NCBI GenBank assembly: GCA_040220235.1
Contig: JAVJTO010000070.1
Reading direction: 5' to 3' (one strand)
Length of the DNA stretch: 64,000 nt
Source: Coleofasciculus sp. B1-GNL1-01
GTDB taxonomy: Bacteria > Cyanobacteriota > Cyanobacteriia > Cyanobacteriales > Coleofasciculaceae
Positions 21,347 through 31,373 of this stretch are shown here, piece after piece. The translations under genes and the position numbers were made by a program. Below the pieces are notes generated by a model that was not told where the DNA came from, ran no database searches, and saw only the letters and a list, made by a program, of their open reading frames with translations. Positions within the stretch are counted from its first letter, which is position 1, and each line of letters opens with the position of its first letter.

Positions 21347-21658
21347 ATGCTCCAGTCTATCAACTCCCTCCTGGGACGTCATCCCGAACGCATCAACGCT
21401 AACGTAGAAATTTACACCTGGCAAACTTGCCCCTTTTGTATTCGTGCCAAGATATTACTGTGGTGGAAAGGCGTTAACTTCACAGAGTATAAAATCGACG
21501 GCGATGGAAGTGCCAGAATGAAAATGGCAGAACGAGCAAACGGACGGCGAACCGTTCCCCAGATTTTCATCAACAACCAGCATATTGGTGGCTGTGATGA
21601 TCTCTATAGTTTAGATAGTCAGGGCAAGTTAGATCCTTTATTATATCAGCCAGCTTAA
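21347..21658 (+). CDS. grxC: Glutaredoxin 3
   Basis: CPFC active site, TVPQIFI and IGGCDDL. Confidence 0.92.
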   Translation: MLQSINSLLGRHPERINANVEIYTWQTCPFCIRAKILLWWKGVNFTEYKIDGDGSARMKMAERANGRRTVPQIFINNQHIGGCDDLYSLDSQGKLDPLLYQPA

Positions 21659-21762
21659 GCCTGAGAGAGAGTGGGTGAGGAAGATGGGGAACACCTCGAC
21701 TGACCTCGACTTCGCTCGGTCACACGTTCGGTGTGTCAGATGGGGGAAATGGGGAAGAGTGT

Positions 21763-21822
21763 GTAGGGGCGGGTTTTACCATTAACATTTAGTTGTCACC
21801 CTGATATAACTAAACCCGCCCC
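21763..21822. repeat. REP-like palindrome GTAGGGGCGGGTTT...AAACCCGCCCC
   Basis: Same family as 24586-24862 and 41021-41090. Confidence 0.75.
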
Positions 21823-21844
21823 GATTAGAGTGCAGGTGATCTTC

Positions 21845-21956
21845 GACAAATGACAAATGACAAATGACAAATGACAAATGACAAATGACTAATGACTAAT
21901 GACTAATGACTAATGACAAATGACTAATGACTAATGACAAATGACTAATGACTAAT
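21845..21956. repeat. Heptamer tandem repeat (GACAAAT/GACTAAT, STRR2-like)
   Basis: About 16 units between the convergent grxC and Rep genes. Confidence 0.9.
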
Positions 21957-21961
21957 AAAAA

Positions 21962-24900
21962 TCAACAATCCGACAAATTAAGACAAAGCTGCACATAGTC
22001 AACCCCAGCATCAGCATCAGCTTTATTGTTTGCCTCTTTTGAACAAGCATCAAGTCGTTGATGAGACTTCTCTAACACCTCACAACTTTGCGCCAACCAT
22101 TGCTGAAATACCTCAAACCGCCCATCCGAGGGATGAACCACCTGATAGACACGCACCCGATTTAAACGCTTACTTTCACGACCAATACATTGAAGTCCAT
22201 AACCAATTTTATCTAACAAACGCCGCACAATCCGAATCGGTGTGGCATTTCGCGCCAATCCAATTCCCAACGTAGTTTTAATCGACGCCCGATTCGATAA
22301 TGCCAATTGTGCCATCGCCTGCAAATCTTCATCCGTTCCCCTTAATTTACGCCCCCGATCCGTTAACAAAACGGGAACCCCCAAAAGTTCCATTGTCCCT
22401 ACCGCCGCCCCCAATTGAGAACGATTAAAATCGGGCAAGAAAATACTCCCACCGCCTAACTCAATCAATTTACGTGCCATCACTGCATCCCGTTGCGCTA
22501 AATGATCTCGCCCTAAGGTGAGAAAATAATGCAGCAATAGCTTTTGATACCAACCCTCATCATCCTTAGCCACCAGTTGGGCAGTCACTGGAATTCGATA
22601 ACGCTGCTTTAACTCATATTTGCGAATCGCCCGTCGTTGGGCAAGGGTTTTCACTAATCGTTTTTGCCCAGTATGATATTGTTTATCACTCAGATCTTTA
22701 GCCCGCGCGATCGCTAAACATTCGGCTTGATAGTTTTGGTCTTTCACCGCCGCGATCGCAGCCGTCAGCGAATCGGGTTCAATCTTCCCCTCTGTCTGAG
22801 AAGCCGAGGAGACAATCTCCTCTTCCGCAGCCTCAACCACCTGATGCCCTTCCCTACGCAGCGCCGCCAGTACCGATTCCCGATACTGAAACATCGACGC
22901 ATTATGCCTCACCGCCATTCTTGCCCAACACAATAGCGATTCGGCTTGAAACCCCGTCTCAATATCATCAAGGGCATCAAAATCGGATTGTTGTAATAAT
23001 CGAATATTAAGCTGAGTCAAACGTCGTCCCGATGTCAGCAAAGCCGGAATCGACGTAGAACCATTCCCCACCCGATTAAACCCACAAGACGCCACCCAGA
23101 GGAACCGAGGCAGATTTTCCCGCACTCGCCCCAACGCCTGACGCACCGAATTTTCACGTTGCACCCCAATCGCAATTCCCCAAACCGAGGTGAAATGTCC
23201 CTGCAACTCAATACTGACTCCGGTTTCAATCACCGGACTTGCCAGAACAATATCATACTGACTCAACACCCCATCCAAATCACGCATACAGCCATACGCC
23301 GGATGAGTCGGTTCAGTCAGAGATTCGGAATCAATGCGGAGAATCTTTGCCTCAGGAAATCGAGAACGTAGATAGGCTTCCAACGTACAGGTTCCCCACT
23401 GACTCCCCCGTTTCTGGGCGGAAAGGCAAACAAAGGGTTTCCCACCAGCTGCAATGTGTCGTTCCAAATCCTGAATCAAGCGTTCTGGCTTACGTTCTGG
23501 ATAATAGTTTACCCGCCAGGATTCAGACTCACTAGGTTTCCAGGTGTTGTGAATAATATAAGGATGTTGGGGAACCCCCGATAACGAAATCAAGTAATCG
23601 ATAGAAACATCACTCAAATCCGCATCTGCCACATAAACTTGTCCCTCATCTCCCAAAACATTTTGCATCAATGTCTTCAGAGATTTCAGAATCGCCACTC
23701 GGTTACTCCTGCAAGTCTCCGAATCCAACCCATGCCAAAGAACCTGTTCCACTTCATCAATAATCACCACTCCATCTGACCAGTTCACCGCCTCAAAGCC
23801 AGCCTGAGACGTAGGATGGAGAGAGTCAACGCAGAGACCATAGCCTAACCTAGCACCCGTTTCTGTATCCTGTATCTGAGTGACATAGTTCAAGCCAAAG
23901 CGCTGACATAACGCCTCCACGAGTCGCACCCGATGACCAATTACCAAAACCCATTTCTGGCGCTTAATCGCCTCTTTGACAATTGTTTCTAACCACTGAG
24001 TTTTCCCTGTCCCTTTAGGGGATTTAATCCCAATCAATTTGGCATCCTCAGGAATCGATAATTCCCCTACATAGCGACGATTTATCTGTATCGTGGGCGG
24101 ATACGTCAGCCCGGTTAAGGATTGGGCTTTCCAAGTATCTAGGGGGACAGCCGTTTGATAGGCTTCGTCAAATGCTGTTTGAGTCTGGTTGGCAATTAAA
24201 TCATCCACCCCTTTTCCTTGGTCTGGATGCCAACTAATTATCTTGACAGAACATCCCTTTTGGGTTAATAAATATCCCAACTGACGAATCGCGGCATTAA
24301 CAGCTTTGATGGTACTGGGTTTAGTGTCTTGGTCGAAGGCAATATAAATGGTTCTCCCCGGTGTGGCTAATTTGAGTAACTGGGGAATTAGGCGAGACTT
24401 GCCGATCCGATTTCCTTGTTCATCTCTAGGGACACGATAGCCTCCGAATACACCAGGGAGGGCAATTGCCGCATAGCCGGCGGTGAGTAAAGCCCCCGCT
24501 TTCTTTGCGCCCTCAGTAATACACAACGGGATTTCGGGATGGGCAATCAACCACTGCCAAAATTTGCCGGAGACATTGTGAGTTTGTAGGGGCGGGTTTA
24601 GGGACTCGCCTGGGGCGATTGATGATAACGTTTGTACAAAACCCGTCCTGACCGAATGTTCACCCTTGGCGACTATCGAGGGCATGGTTTGTAGGGGCGG
24701 GTTTAGGGACTCGCCTGGGGCGATTGATGGTAACGTTTCCTCAAAACCCGCCCTGACCGAATGTTCACCCTTAGCGACTATCGAGGGCATGGTTTGTAGG
24801 GGCGGGTTTAGGGACTCGCCTGGGGCGATTGATGGTAACGTTTGTACAAAACCCGCCCTGACCGATGTGTCGGCGAGGTTTTCACGATTGTCGATGACGT

Positions 24901-25342
24901 GATTAAACCCACCCCCAGACACATCAAATGGAAGCGTCAGGTTATAGCGATTAGCAATATCCTGCCACAGATGTAGGGGGACACGTAGAGCAAAAACACC
25001 TGTGGGGGCTAGGGGCGGATGTTCGTATTTAATCGGTTTTCCCGTCTGAGTATTGCGCCGAGGAGAACTAGGCTTGAAACAACCCCAAAGGTCATCATTA
25101 CCCGTGAGTACGTCAATTCCGGAACACCACCATCCTCCTTGTTCCGTATGTTCGTAGCGCTTGAGGATGCGGTGACTGACCCGACCATCATTCCGTCGTG
25201 GTAATGTATCCGCGTAGAATAAATAGTTCGATGGGCAAGTGCCAGTTAAAGGGATAACGTTTAAGCGCGTGAGTTGGTCATCGATACAGCTACTGTTCCA
25301 TTCTTGCAGATAATTCACGGGATTTGAGATTAAGGGGTTCAT
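21962..25342 (-). CDS. DUF3854 primase-helicase, CyRepA1-like replication protein; start approximate
   Basis: IKYEHP, CITEGAKKAG, IAFDQD and GKGVDD TOPRIM-like motifs; SPKGTGKT Walker A, IIDEVEQ Walker B and IETGVSI. Confidence 0.85.
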   Translation of the reverse strand: MNPLISNPVNYLQEWNSSCIDDQLTRLNVIPLTGTCPSNYLFYADTLPRRNDGRVSHRILKRYEHTEQGGWWCSGIDVLTGNDDLWGCFKPSSPRRNTQTGKPIKYEHPPLAPTGVFALRVPLHLWQDIANRYNLTLPFDVSGGGFNHVIDNRENLADTSVRAGFVQTLPSIAPGESLNPPLQTMPSIVAKGEHSVRAGFEETLPSIAPGESLNPPLQTMPSIVAKGEHSVRTGFVQTLSSIAPGESLNPPLQTHNVSGKFWQWLIAHPEIPLCITEGAKKAGALLTAGYAAIALPGVFGGYRVPRDEQGNRIGKSRLIPQLLKLATPGRTIYIAFDQDTKPSTIKAVNAAIRQLGYLLTQKGCSVKIISWHPDQGKGVDDLIANQTQTAFDEAYQTAVPLDTWKAQSLTGLTYPPTIQINRRYVGELSIPEDAKLIGIKSPKGTGKTQWLETIVKEAIKRQKWVLVIGHRVRLVEALCQRFGLNYVTQIQDTETGARLGYGLCVDSLHPTSQAGFEAVNWSDGVVIIDEVEQVLWHGLDSETCRSNRVAILKSLKTLMQNVLGDEGQVYVADADLSDVSIDYLISLSGVPQHPYIIHNTWKPSESESWRVNYYPERKPERLIQDLERHIAAGGKPFVCLSAQKRGSQWGTCTLEAYLRSRFPEAKILRIDSESLTEPTHPAYGCMRDLDGVLSQYDIVLASPVIETGVSIELQGHFTSVWGIAIGVQRENSVRQALGRVRENLPRFLWVASCGFNRVGNGSTSIPALLTSGRRLTQLNIRLLQQSDFDALDDIETGFQAESLLCWARMAVRHNASMFQYRESVLAALRREGHQVVEAAEEEIVSSASQTEGKIEPDSLTAAIAAVKDQNYQAECLAIARAKDLSDKQYHTGQKRLVKTLAQRRAIRKYELKQRYRIPVTAQLVAKDDEGWYQKLLLHYFLTLGRDHLAQRDAVMARKLIELGGGSIFLPDFNRSQLGAAVGTMELLGVPVLLTDRGRKLRGTDEDLQAMAQLALSNRASIKTTLGIGLARNATPIRIVRRLLDKIGYGLQCIGRESKRLNRVRVYQVVHPSDGRFEVFQQWLAQSCEVLEKSHQRLDACSKEANNKADADAGVDYVQLCLNLSDC
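24586..24862. repeat. Three tandem REP-like units (105-bp period) inside the Rep gene
   Basis: GTAGGGGCGGGTTTAGGGAC starts at 24586, 24691 and 24796; encodes 35-aa repeats. Confidence 0.9.
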
Positions 25343-25883
25343 ACGCAAAACTACACTACATCTAGTAGTCAAACTGAATAGCTTAGGAAAGGAACACTAA
25401 TTATAGGGCTTGTTGACCAATGCTTGAAGCGTCATGTAAAAAAGTGGCGGTGCAGGGGTGCGGGAAGTACAGGAATGAGATGTTCCAGACGTAGCCTGTT
25501 AGGTCTCTATCGCCAAATTGCTACCAAATTGTCCAAATTTTGGGTAGAGCGATCGCGAAACCAGCTCCCCAACTTCTTCGTTGAACTAGATTTACAAGTC
25601 GCCGATCTACCGGGAGTTGGCAAGAATTGTGGCTTAAGTTGACACGGATGCACCGACGTGCGTCCCTACGGTTTCCGGTTGAGTTAAATTCAGGACTAAT
25701 GGAATTCAGGATAATTGAGGTAACTTTCAAAAAACATTAAAACTTTAGAACAAAAGCCCTAAATCATTAATGTAAACTCTGATTGCGCCTAAATTCTGCC
25801 TTTTAAACTCCTCAATAAAACCGAATTTTATTTGAAATAAGAATGCGACAATAAAAATCAACAACCTACCCCTAGGTCGATAA

Positions 25884-26252
25884 ATGACTAAATGCTTAAT
25901 TCGTCTAGCTAGCACTAGCCTTTTAGGAACTTTAACCTTTGCCACAGCTAGTCATGCTATACCTGCATTTATCGATTTATCAATTAACCAAGCAATTATT
26001 TGTGCTAATTGCAAACAGGTGCTTTTACCCAATCAAAAACCGCTGAATTTTAAACCTACAGGAGATTTAACCTTGAATCAAACAACGACAAGTAGTAATA
26101 AAGAGCCTCGACCTTCCCCGCACAATTTCCTAACCCGTTCTGAATGTCGGGGCAGTTCCCGCAGACAGAAAAAACAAAACTATTCAATTTTATATTTTCG
26201 CTTTTGGATTACCGAAGAAGCCTGTAATGTGGGCAAGCTTTATCAAGATTAA
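25884..26252 (+). CDS. Small signal-peptide protein with an RGSSRR motif (possibly PatX-like)
   Basis: N-terminal hydrophobic stretch ending in ASHA; CRGSSRR in the C-terminal half. Confidence 0.45.
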   Translation: MTKCLIRLASTSLLGTLTFATASHAIPAFIDLSINQAIICANCKQVLLPNQKPLNFKPTGDLTLNQTTTSSNKEPRPSPHNFLTRSECRGSSRRQKKQNYSILYFRFWITEEACNVGKLYQD

Positions 26253-26288
26253 AACCACATAGTTAAGGGCTTAAAAAATATTTTATCC

Positions 26289-26990
26289 TTAATTATTCAC
26301 CGGACTCACTTTAGCCCGATACAATAATTTATCACCTTGCCGATAGCCCACATAACGAACTCGCACCAGCTCTCCGGGTTGAACGGTTCCCGACATTAAT
26401 TGATGCCATTGGGGATCATAAGCCAATTCATCACCAACGGAGGCGATCGCTTCTATGCCCCATTGTTGCAGAAGCTGTTCCACTGGCTTGATTAGAGGCA
26501 ATAATCGGATGGCAGGTAACTGGTCATTCTGAGTTACCGCATAAGCGGCTGTGGGCCACTGTAATAACCATGATTCTAATACCTGCACACTCGATTGCTG
26601 AAATTCCTGTAAAAGGGTTTCGCGTTGTTCGGCGAATTGCTGTTGTAGTCGGTTGTATTCCTGCTTGAGGTTGTCAAGGCTTTGCAATGTGGGAATCTCA
26701 GAACTCGGTGAAGTGCGATCGCGCGGCGGCGTCATCGGGGAGATTGATTCGGGTGAAAATAAGGTTAGCAATTGATCGACCGATATTTGCAATACCTGCG
26801 ATAATTTCAGCAGCGTCTCTACCCGCATTTGCGATACCTCTCCCTGTCGCAGACGTTTCAGTTGTCGTTCAGACACACCACTGACGCGACTCAGTTGGCG
26901 AAAACTGGACACATCCACCTGCTGCATGAGGTATTGTAACTGTTGGGTGTAATTCGGGGCAGACTGATTCTTATGGCTAGATGTGGACAT
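26289..26990 (-). CDS. XRE-type HTH + coiled coil + GrpE-like head domain protein
   Basis: SFRQLSRVSGVS HTH; YDPQWHQ...VRVRYVGY...LLYRAKV GrpE-like head; ATG at 26990 preferred. Confidence 0.75.
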   Translation of the reverse strand: MSTSSHKNQSAPNYTQQLQYLMQQVDVSSFRQLSRVSGVSERQLKRLRQGEVSQMRVETLLKLSQVLQISVDQLLTLFSPESISPMTPPRDRTSPSSEIPTLQSLDNLKQEYNRLQQQFAEQRETLLQEFQQSSVQVLESWLLQWPTAAYAVTQNDQLPAIRLLPLIKPVEQLLQQWGIEAIASVGDELAYDPQWHQLMSGTVQPGELVRVRYVGYRQGDKLLYRAKVSPVNN

Positions 26991-27246
26991 GAGTATGAGT
27001 GATCGGGAATAGTTATAGTATTTTGACAGACTTGAGCTGTTTTCCGTCAAAAGCCTCACGTCAACCTGATGTCCTAACGTATCCTGACGCACCGACACGC
27101 CATAGAGTTGGGGTAGGAGATATCCTACCCCGACAAACAGTAATTCAACAGTACAGCGTAAGTCCTGCAAGAATCGCAAAAATTAGGTTGATTCCTTCCC
27201 CTGTTCTCAGACGCACCCTGATATGTCTGGAACATTCTTCCCTGAC

Positions 27247-27519
27247 TTAATAAACACCCCGTTGAACAAATCGTTGCCAAATAAAGATGGCAATAATCGC
27301 TCCCAAAACAGCCACGACAACACCGGGAATACTCAACGATGTTGCTGTCATGGCTAATTCCCCCGTCGTTAGAAGTGTTGCCAAGGTTCCACCCAGAAAA
27401 GCACCGACAATTCCCAGTAATAGAGTGGAAATAATGTTGCCACCTTGATGACCTGGGTAAATTGCCTTGGCAATTGCACCAGCTAGTAAACCCAAAACTA
27501 TCCAAGCCAAGATATTCAT
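27247..27519 (-). CDS. GlsB/YeaQ/YmgE (transglycosylase-associated) membrane protein
   Basis: WIVLGLLAGAIAKAIYPG...LGIVGAFLGG. Confidence 0.9.
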   Translation of the reverse strand: MNILAWIVLGLLAGAIAKAIYPGHQGGNIISTLLLGIVGAFLGGTLATLLTTGELAMTATSLSIPGVVVAVLGAIIAIFIWQRFVQRGVY

Positions 27520-27962
27520 GGTTTTTTCTCCAACCTAATAGTTATTGATGTTGATGAGTTTATCTTTTTGAGTTTTGATTCAACCTCTATCTCCAGAAAT
27601 AAGCTGGACAAATAAAACCTTCATTTTTTAAGTTTTATCAAAAAAATAACTCATCTTATTGACGAAAACAGCCAGATGCGGACAGCTCAACAACGCCCCG
27701 ACACAATTATGTAAAGCTGATTACGGTACTTTTCGGAGTAAAAAATGCTACATCTTTAGGGTTTGTACTTAGTCCAAAAGAAATATTCCTAAAACAAGCT
27801 AAATTTAATTGAAGCTTTGTTTTAACTAACAATCATCTATCACTTTATATAAGTATAAGTTATTCACTTCGGCAGAAGAAGCCGCTAGGAATCAGAGATT
27901 AAATAGGAAGGGTAGACCAGAAAACGGCATTAAAAAAACCTTTCCTGCTGGGAGAAAAATAA

Positions 27963-29753
27963 ATGACTTTAAGACACCATAAACGAGCGATAGGCACTTT
28001 TCCCAACCGCCAAGACGCTGAATCGGCACTGAGAGACCTAAGAAATTCTCACTACCCGATGGATAAAATTTCCGTGATCACCCAGGATTCTCATCGACCG
28101 AATCAAGTTGGTGGAACAAATGGACATAAGAAAGTAAGTAACAAAGCCGATGAAGGTGCGACAACAGGTGTTGTCACCGGAGGTGCATTAGGAGGTTTGA
28201 CAGGCTTGTTAGTCGGTTTGGGTACCTTAGCCATTCCCGGCGTCGGACCGATTTTACTAGCCGGTGCAACAGCAACCGCGATTGCAACCACCATAGCAGG
28301 CGGGGCTATCGGAGCAGCTGCAGGTGGTTTGGTTGGCGCACTCATTGGGTTAGGCATTCCGGAACACCGAGCCAAAGTGTACAATGAGCGAGTCTCTCGC
28401 GGAGACTATTTAGTCATCGTAGAAGGCACTGAAGCCGAAATCCAACGTGCCGAACGCATTTTGCACCATCGCGGGATTCAAGAGTGGGATATTTTCGATG
28501 CGCCGAAAATGGCTCCCTCTGGTACCCACCCTGTCACCTCCAAGACTTTTGATCATCATTTAGATCACCATCACTCTCGTGCCATTGGTATATTTCCCCA
28601 CTATCACCATACCGATGCTGCCATTCGCGAATTAAACCAGGTGGGTTTTCCTCTCAGTCAAATTTCCATAATTTCCCGTGATCAGGATCGCCATAACTGG
28701 ATACCGGGTTTGAATGTTAGCGATCGCTTCGATAAAACATCATTGGGTTTTCTCAATGATCGTCATCACTTCTTTCATGACCAATTCAAGCGGGGTGAAT
28801 TCCTGATCGTTTTAGAGGGTACAAAAACCCAAATCCGTCGCGCCGAAGCCATCTTGCACCGTCACGGTGTTCGAGAATGGGACAGTTTTAATGCACCGGA
28901 TGACAACGCCTCTGAGACGGATCAACCCCTTGTCTGTACTCCCCATGCTGACACCACTCGCAATCACCATGCCATTGGTGTGTTTAAGAAGCGTCATAAC
29001 CTGGAAACCACCCTCTGGGAATTGAGTAATGTTGGCTTTCCCATGAACCACGTTTCTCTAGTTAGCCGTGACAACAAGCACCACAACTGGATACCGGGTT
29101 TAAGTGTTTGCGATCGCTTTGATCAGACATCCTTAGACTTTCTGGGAGAACGTCATCACGCTTTCCACAACCGATTTAACCAGGGTGAATACTTGCTAAT
29201 CCTAGAAGACAAAGAAGACCAAATCCGTCGCGTCGAACCGATCTTGCACCGTCATGGTGTCCAAGACTGGGAAGTTTTTGACGGACTCAATACTAATCAC
29301 TCTCGTCGGAGTAATTCCATGGCTAATACTTCCCACTCGTTAGGACACCATCATCGGGCGGTTGGTACATTCTCCCATCGCCCTAATATGGATACAGCAA
29401 TCCAGGAATTATATGATGCCGATTTTCCCATGAATCAAGTGTCTGTGATTGCGCGGGACTATCAGCGCCACAACTTGATACCTAATCTTACCATTCGCGA
29501 TCGCTTTGATAGTGCTTTCGGCTTTCTCGGACAACGTAATTCCTTATTCCATGACCGATTCAACCAAGGTGCATTTCTGGTCATGGTAGAAGGCACCCAA
29601 GCCCAAATCCACCAGGCTGAAACCATCTTGCGCCGTCATGGGATGCAGGATTGGGGAATTTATAATTCGACTACGGGTCAGGTTAAGCAACCCCATCGCA
29701 TCAACCGGATTAGTGATGCTCCTGAAGTCGTAATTGTTGACCGTCGCCATTAA
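27963..29753 (+). CDS. General stress protein with four YflT-like repeats, His-rich
   Basis: Repeated RAIG.F...L...FP...S.I.RD units; the Gly/Ala hairpin (IPGVGPI) is present only in unit 1. Confidence 0.8.
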   Translation: MTLRHHKRAIGTFPNRQDAESALRDLRNSHYPMDKISVITQDSHRPNQVGGTNGHKKVSNKADEGATTGVVTGGALGGLTGLLVGLGTLAIPGVGPILLAGATATAIATTIAGGAIGAAAGGLVGALIGLGIPEHRAKVYNERVSRGDYLVIVEGTEAEIQRAERILHHRGIQEWDIFDAPKMAPSGTHPVTSKTFDHHLDHHHSRAIGIFPHYHHTDAAIRELNQVGFPLSQISIISRDQDRHNWIPGLNVSDRFDKTSLGFLNDRHHFFHDQFKRGEFLIVLEGTKTQIRRAEAILHRHGVREWDSFNAPDDNASETDQPLVCTPHADTTRNHHAIGVFKKRHNLETTLWELSNVGFPMNHVSLVSRDNKHHNWIPGLSVCDRFDQTSLDFLGERHHAFHNRFNQGEYLLILEDKEDQIRRVEPILHRHGVQDWEVFDGLNTNHSRRSNSMANTSHSLGHHHRAVGTFSHRPNMDTAIQELYDADFPMNQVSVIARDYQRHNLIPNLTIRDRFDSAFGFLGQRNSLFHDRFNQGAFLVMVEGTQAQIHQAETILRRHGMQDWGIYNSTTGQVKQPHRINRISDAPEVVIVDRRH

Positions 29754-30039
29754 ACCGTCTCATACAAGTAGAAGGCAGACAACTCTGAGGTTAGCAGGTT
29801 AATCAATCGGGTTTCTCAATGTTTAAAGGATGATATTTATTCAGTCCTTAATCAAGAAACCCGGTTCTTGAAATTATCGGCATTGGTGTTCTAATCCTGA
29901 TTATTTCGATAATTGACCTAATCTGCAATACTCAAATCTCGTGAAAATTACCTTACTGGTGTCAGTAAGGAATTTCTTAACCATGCCAAAAATCAAGGAT
30001 TAAAATCCTTGTCTCCTGTTTTCACCCTTAGGAAAAACC

Positions 30040-30516
30040 ATGAAAAAATTCACTCCAGTTCTCTTGGCTAGTGTTATGCTCTTTGGTGCCGTAGCCTGCG
30101 CCGACGGTGCTAAAACCAGTGCAGATGCTCCAAATACAATTACAGACCCCGCAGAAATTCCAGACGCTGACGAGGCTCAAGATAGCCAGAAAGACGCTCA
30201 AAGTCAAGTCCGCCAAAACCAGCTTAATTCTGACATTCGCGCCCGGGAGCAGCGCAATAATGCCTTAAATGACGGTGCGGCTGAAGATAGAAGTGATGAT
30301 GACCTAGAGAGCGAAGTTCGCAGTAAACTCGAAGCGAATCTTCCCGCTGGTGCCTTAGTGATTGAAGCAGAGGACGGTGTTGTAATGGTATCGGGAACGG
30401 TTCCCACTCAGGAACAATTTGAGAGAATTGAACCTTTGGCAAAAGAAATTAAAGGGGTTCAGTCTGTCAATGTTAAAGCTGCCGTTGCTCCCGCACAACC
30501 GAAGGAGAATAATTGA
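30040..30516 (+). CDS. BON domain lipoprotein
   Basis: Lipobox AVAC; SDDDLESEV...GVVMVSGTV...IKGVQSV. Confidence 0.88.
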   Translation: MKKFTPVLLASVMLFGAVACADGAKTSADAPNTITDPAEIPDADEAQDSQKDAQSQVRQNQLNSDIRAREQRNNALNDGAAEDRSDDDLESEVRSKLEANLPAGALVIEAEDGVVMVSGTVPTQEQFERIEPLAKEIKGVQSVNVKAAVAPAQPKENN

Positions 30517-30556
30517 ACCCCTGAAATTGGTTTCAATAATTAATTTAATTAACCCC

Positions 30557-30597
30557 AAAAGCCAAACTTATTGGAAATTAAAGTCTGGCTTTTTTTT
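30557..30597 (+). terminator. Rho-independent terminator after the BON gene
   Basis: AAAAGCCAAACTT / AAGTCTGGCTTTT stem followed by a T tract. Confidence 0.6.
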
Positions 30598-30851
30598 GTT
30601 GTATAGCAGTAGACACATCGATTAGGACCAAAGAACTGTTGTAGAGACGTTGCCTGCAACGTCTCTACCCAATTATGCGTCCTCTAGTGAAACCTGTTTT
30701 ATCAGTAGATCTACTGATACTGATTCAACTAACCCCTTAAGTTGGATAAAATCACGGTGTTTGTTCCTCCAAGTCTCCGCCTATCCTAGTGATGCAATAA
30801 ATCGTTGGCGTTCACCACCTGCCACTTTTTTATTCCAAGGGGGATACATCC

Positions 30852-31067
30852 ATGACGGTAAACTGGAAAGCATTGCTGGCAAAAACAACGGTATGGTTAG
30901 CGGCTGAGATATTGCTCAATCTTCTAGGACTTGATAATCTAGCTGATTACAGCGAGTTTATTTTTGGACGACAACTCACAGATTTATCCCAGCCAGCCCT
31001 GTCCCAGTTGATGCTGTTTACCCCTTCCTCAACGGGAGAGGATAATCCTATGTCTTGGGTGAGTTAA
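30852..31067 (+). CDS. Small hypothetical membrane-associated protein
   Basis: [33 protein letters not shown] resembles a conserved cyanobacterial small protein. Confidence 0.6.
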   Translation: MTVNWKALLAKTTVWLAAEILLNLLGLDNLADYSEFIFGRQLTDLSQPALSQLMLFTPSSTGEDNPMSWVS

Positions 31068-31124
31068 GCTTAGTGGCAAAATCTCTCTTAACGGATGAGG
31101 CAATTTTGAGTTCCTCTGAATCGG

Positions 31125-31214
31125 TAAGTCCTCCACTGTCTTAATGAAGTGGCTATGACCGATAATAATATTACACCCTTCCGGAAGCTCTACGGAAACT
31201 GACTTCAGTTCCAT
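31125..31214 (-). pseudogene. 5' fragment of an adenosine-specific kinase (DUF355-type) gene
   Basis: [30 protein letters not shown] matches the family N-terminus and similarity then stops; good GAGGAG RBS. Confidence 0.75.
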
Positions 31215-31373
31215 AGCTGTCTCCTCACGCGCTACCTACCCTACCCTACAGCTTTTATTTTCATCAGTCAGGGGTCACGGATCACGGGTTAGGCTGCCAC
31301 TTCTTTACAAAACTCAACATCTTTTTTGCAAATAGGGGGTGACACCCCTCACCCCCAATGACTATAATTATGC

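Noticed and set aside
24586..24862. Possible CRISPR array
   Set aside because: The units are near-identical along their full length with no unique spacers, lie inside an ORF, and no cas genes are present
26991..27179. N-terminal extension of the HTH-GrpE ORF (likewise extensions at 35272, 54508 and 56464)
   Set aside because: The extensions run through intergenic or repeat DNA, and downstream ATGs fit the domain starts better
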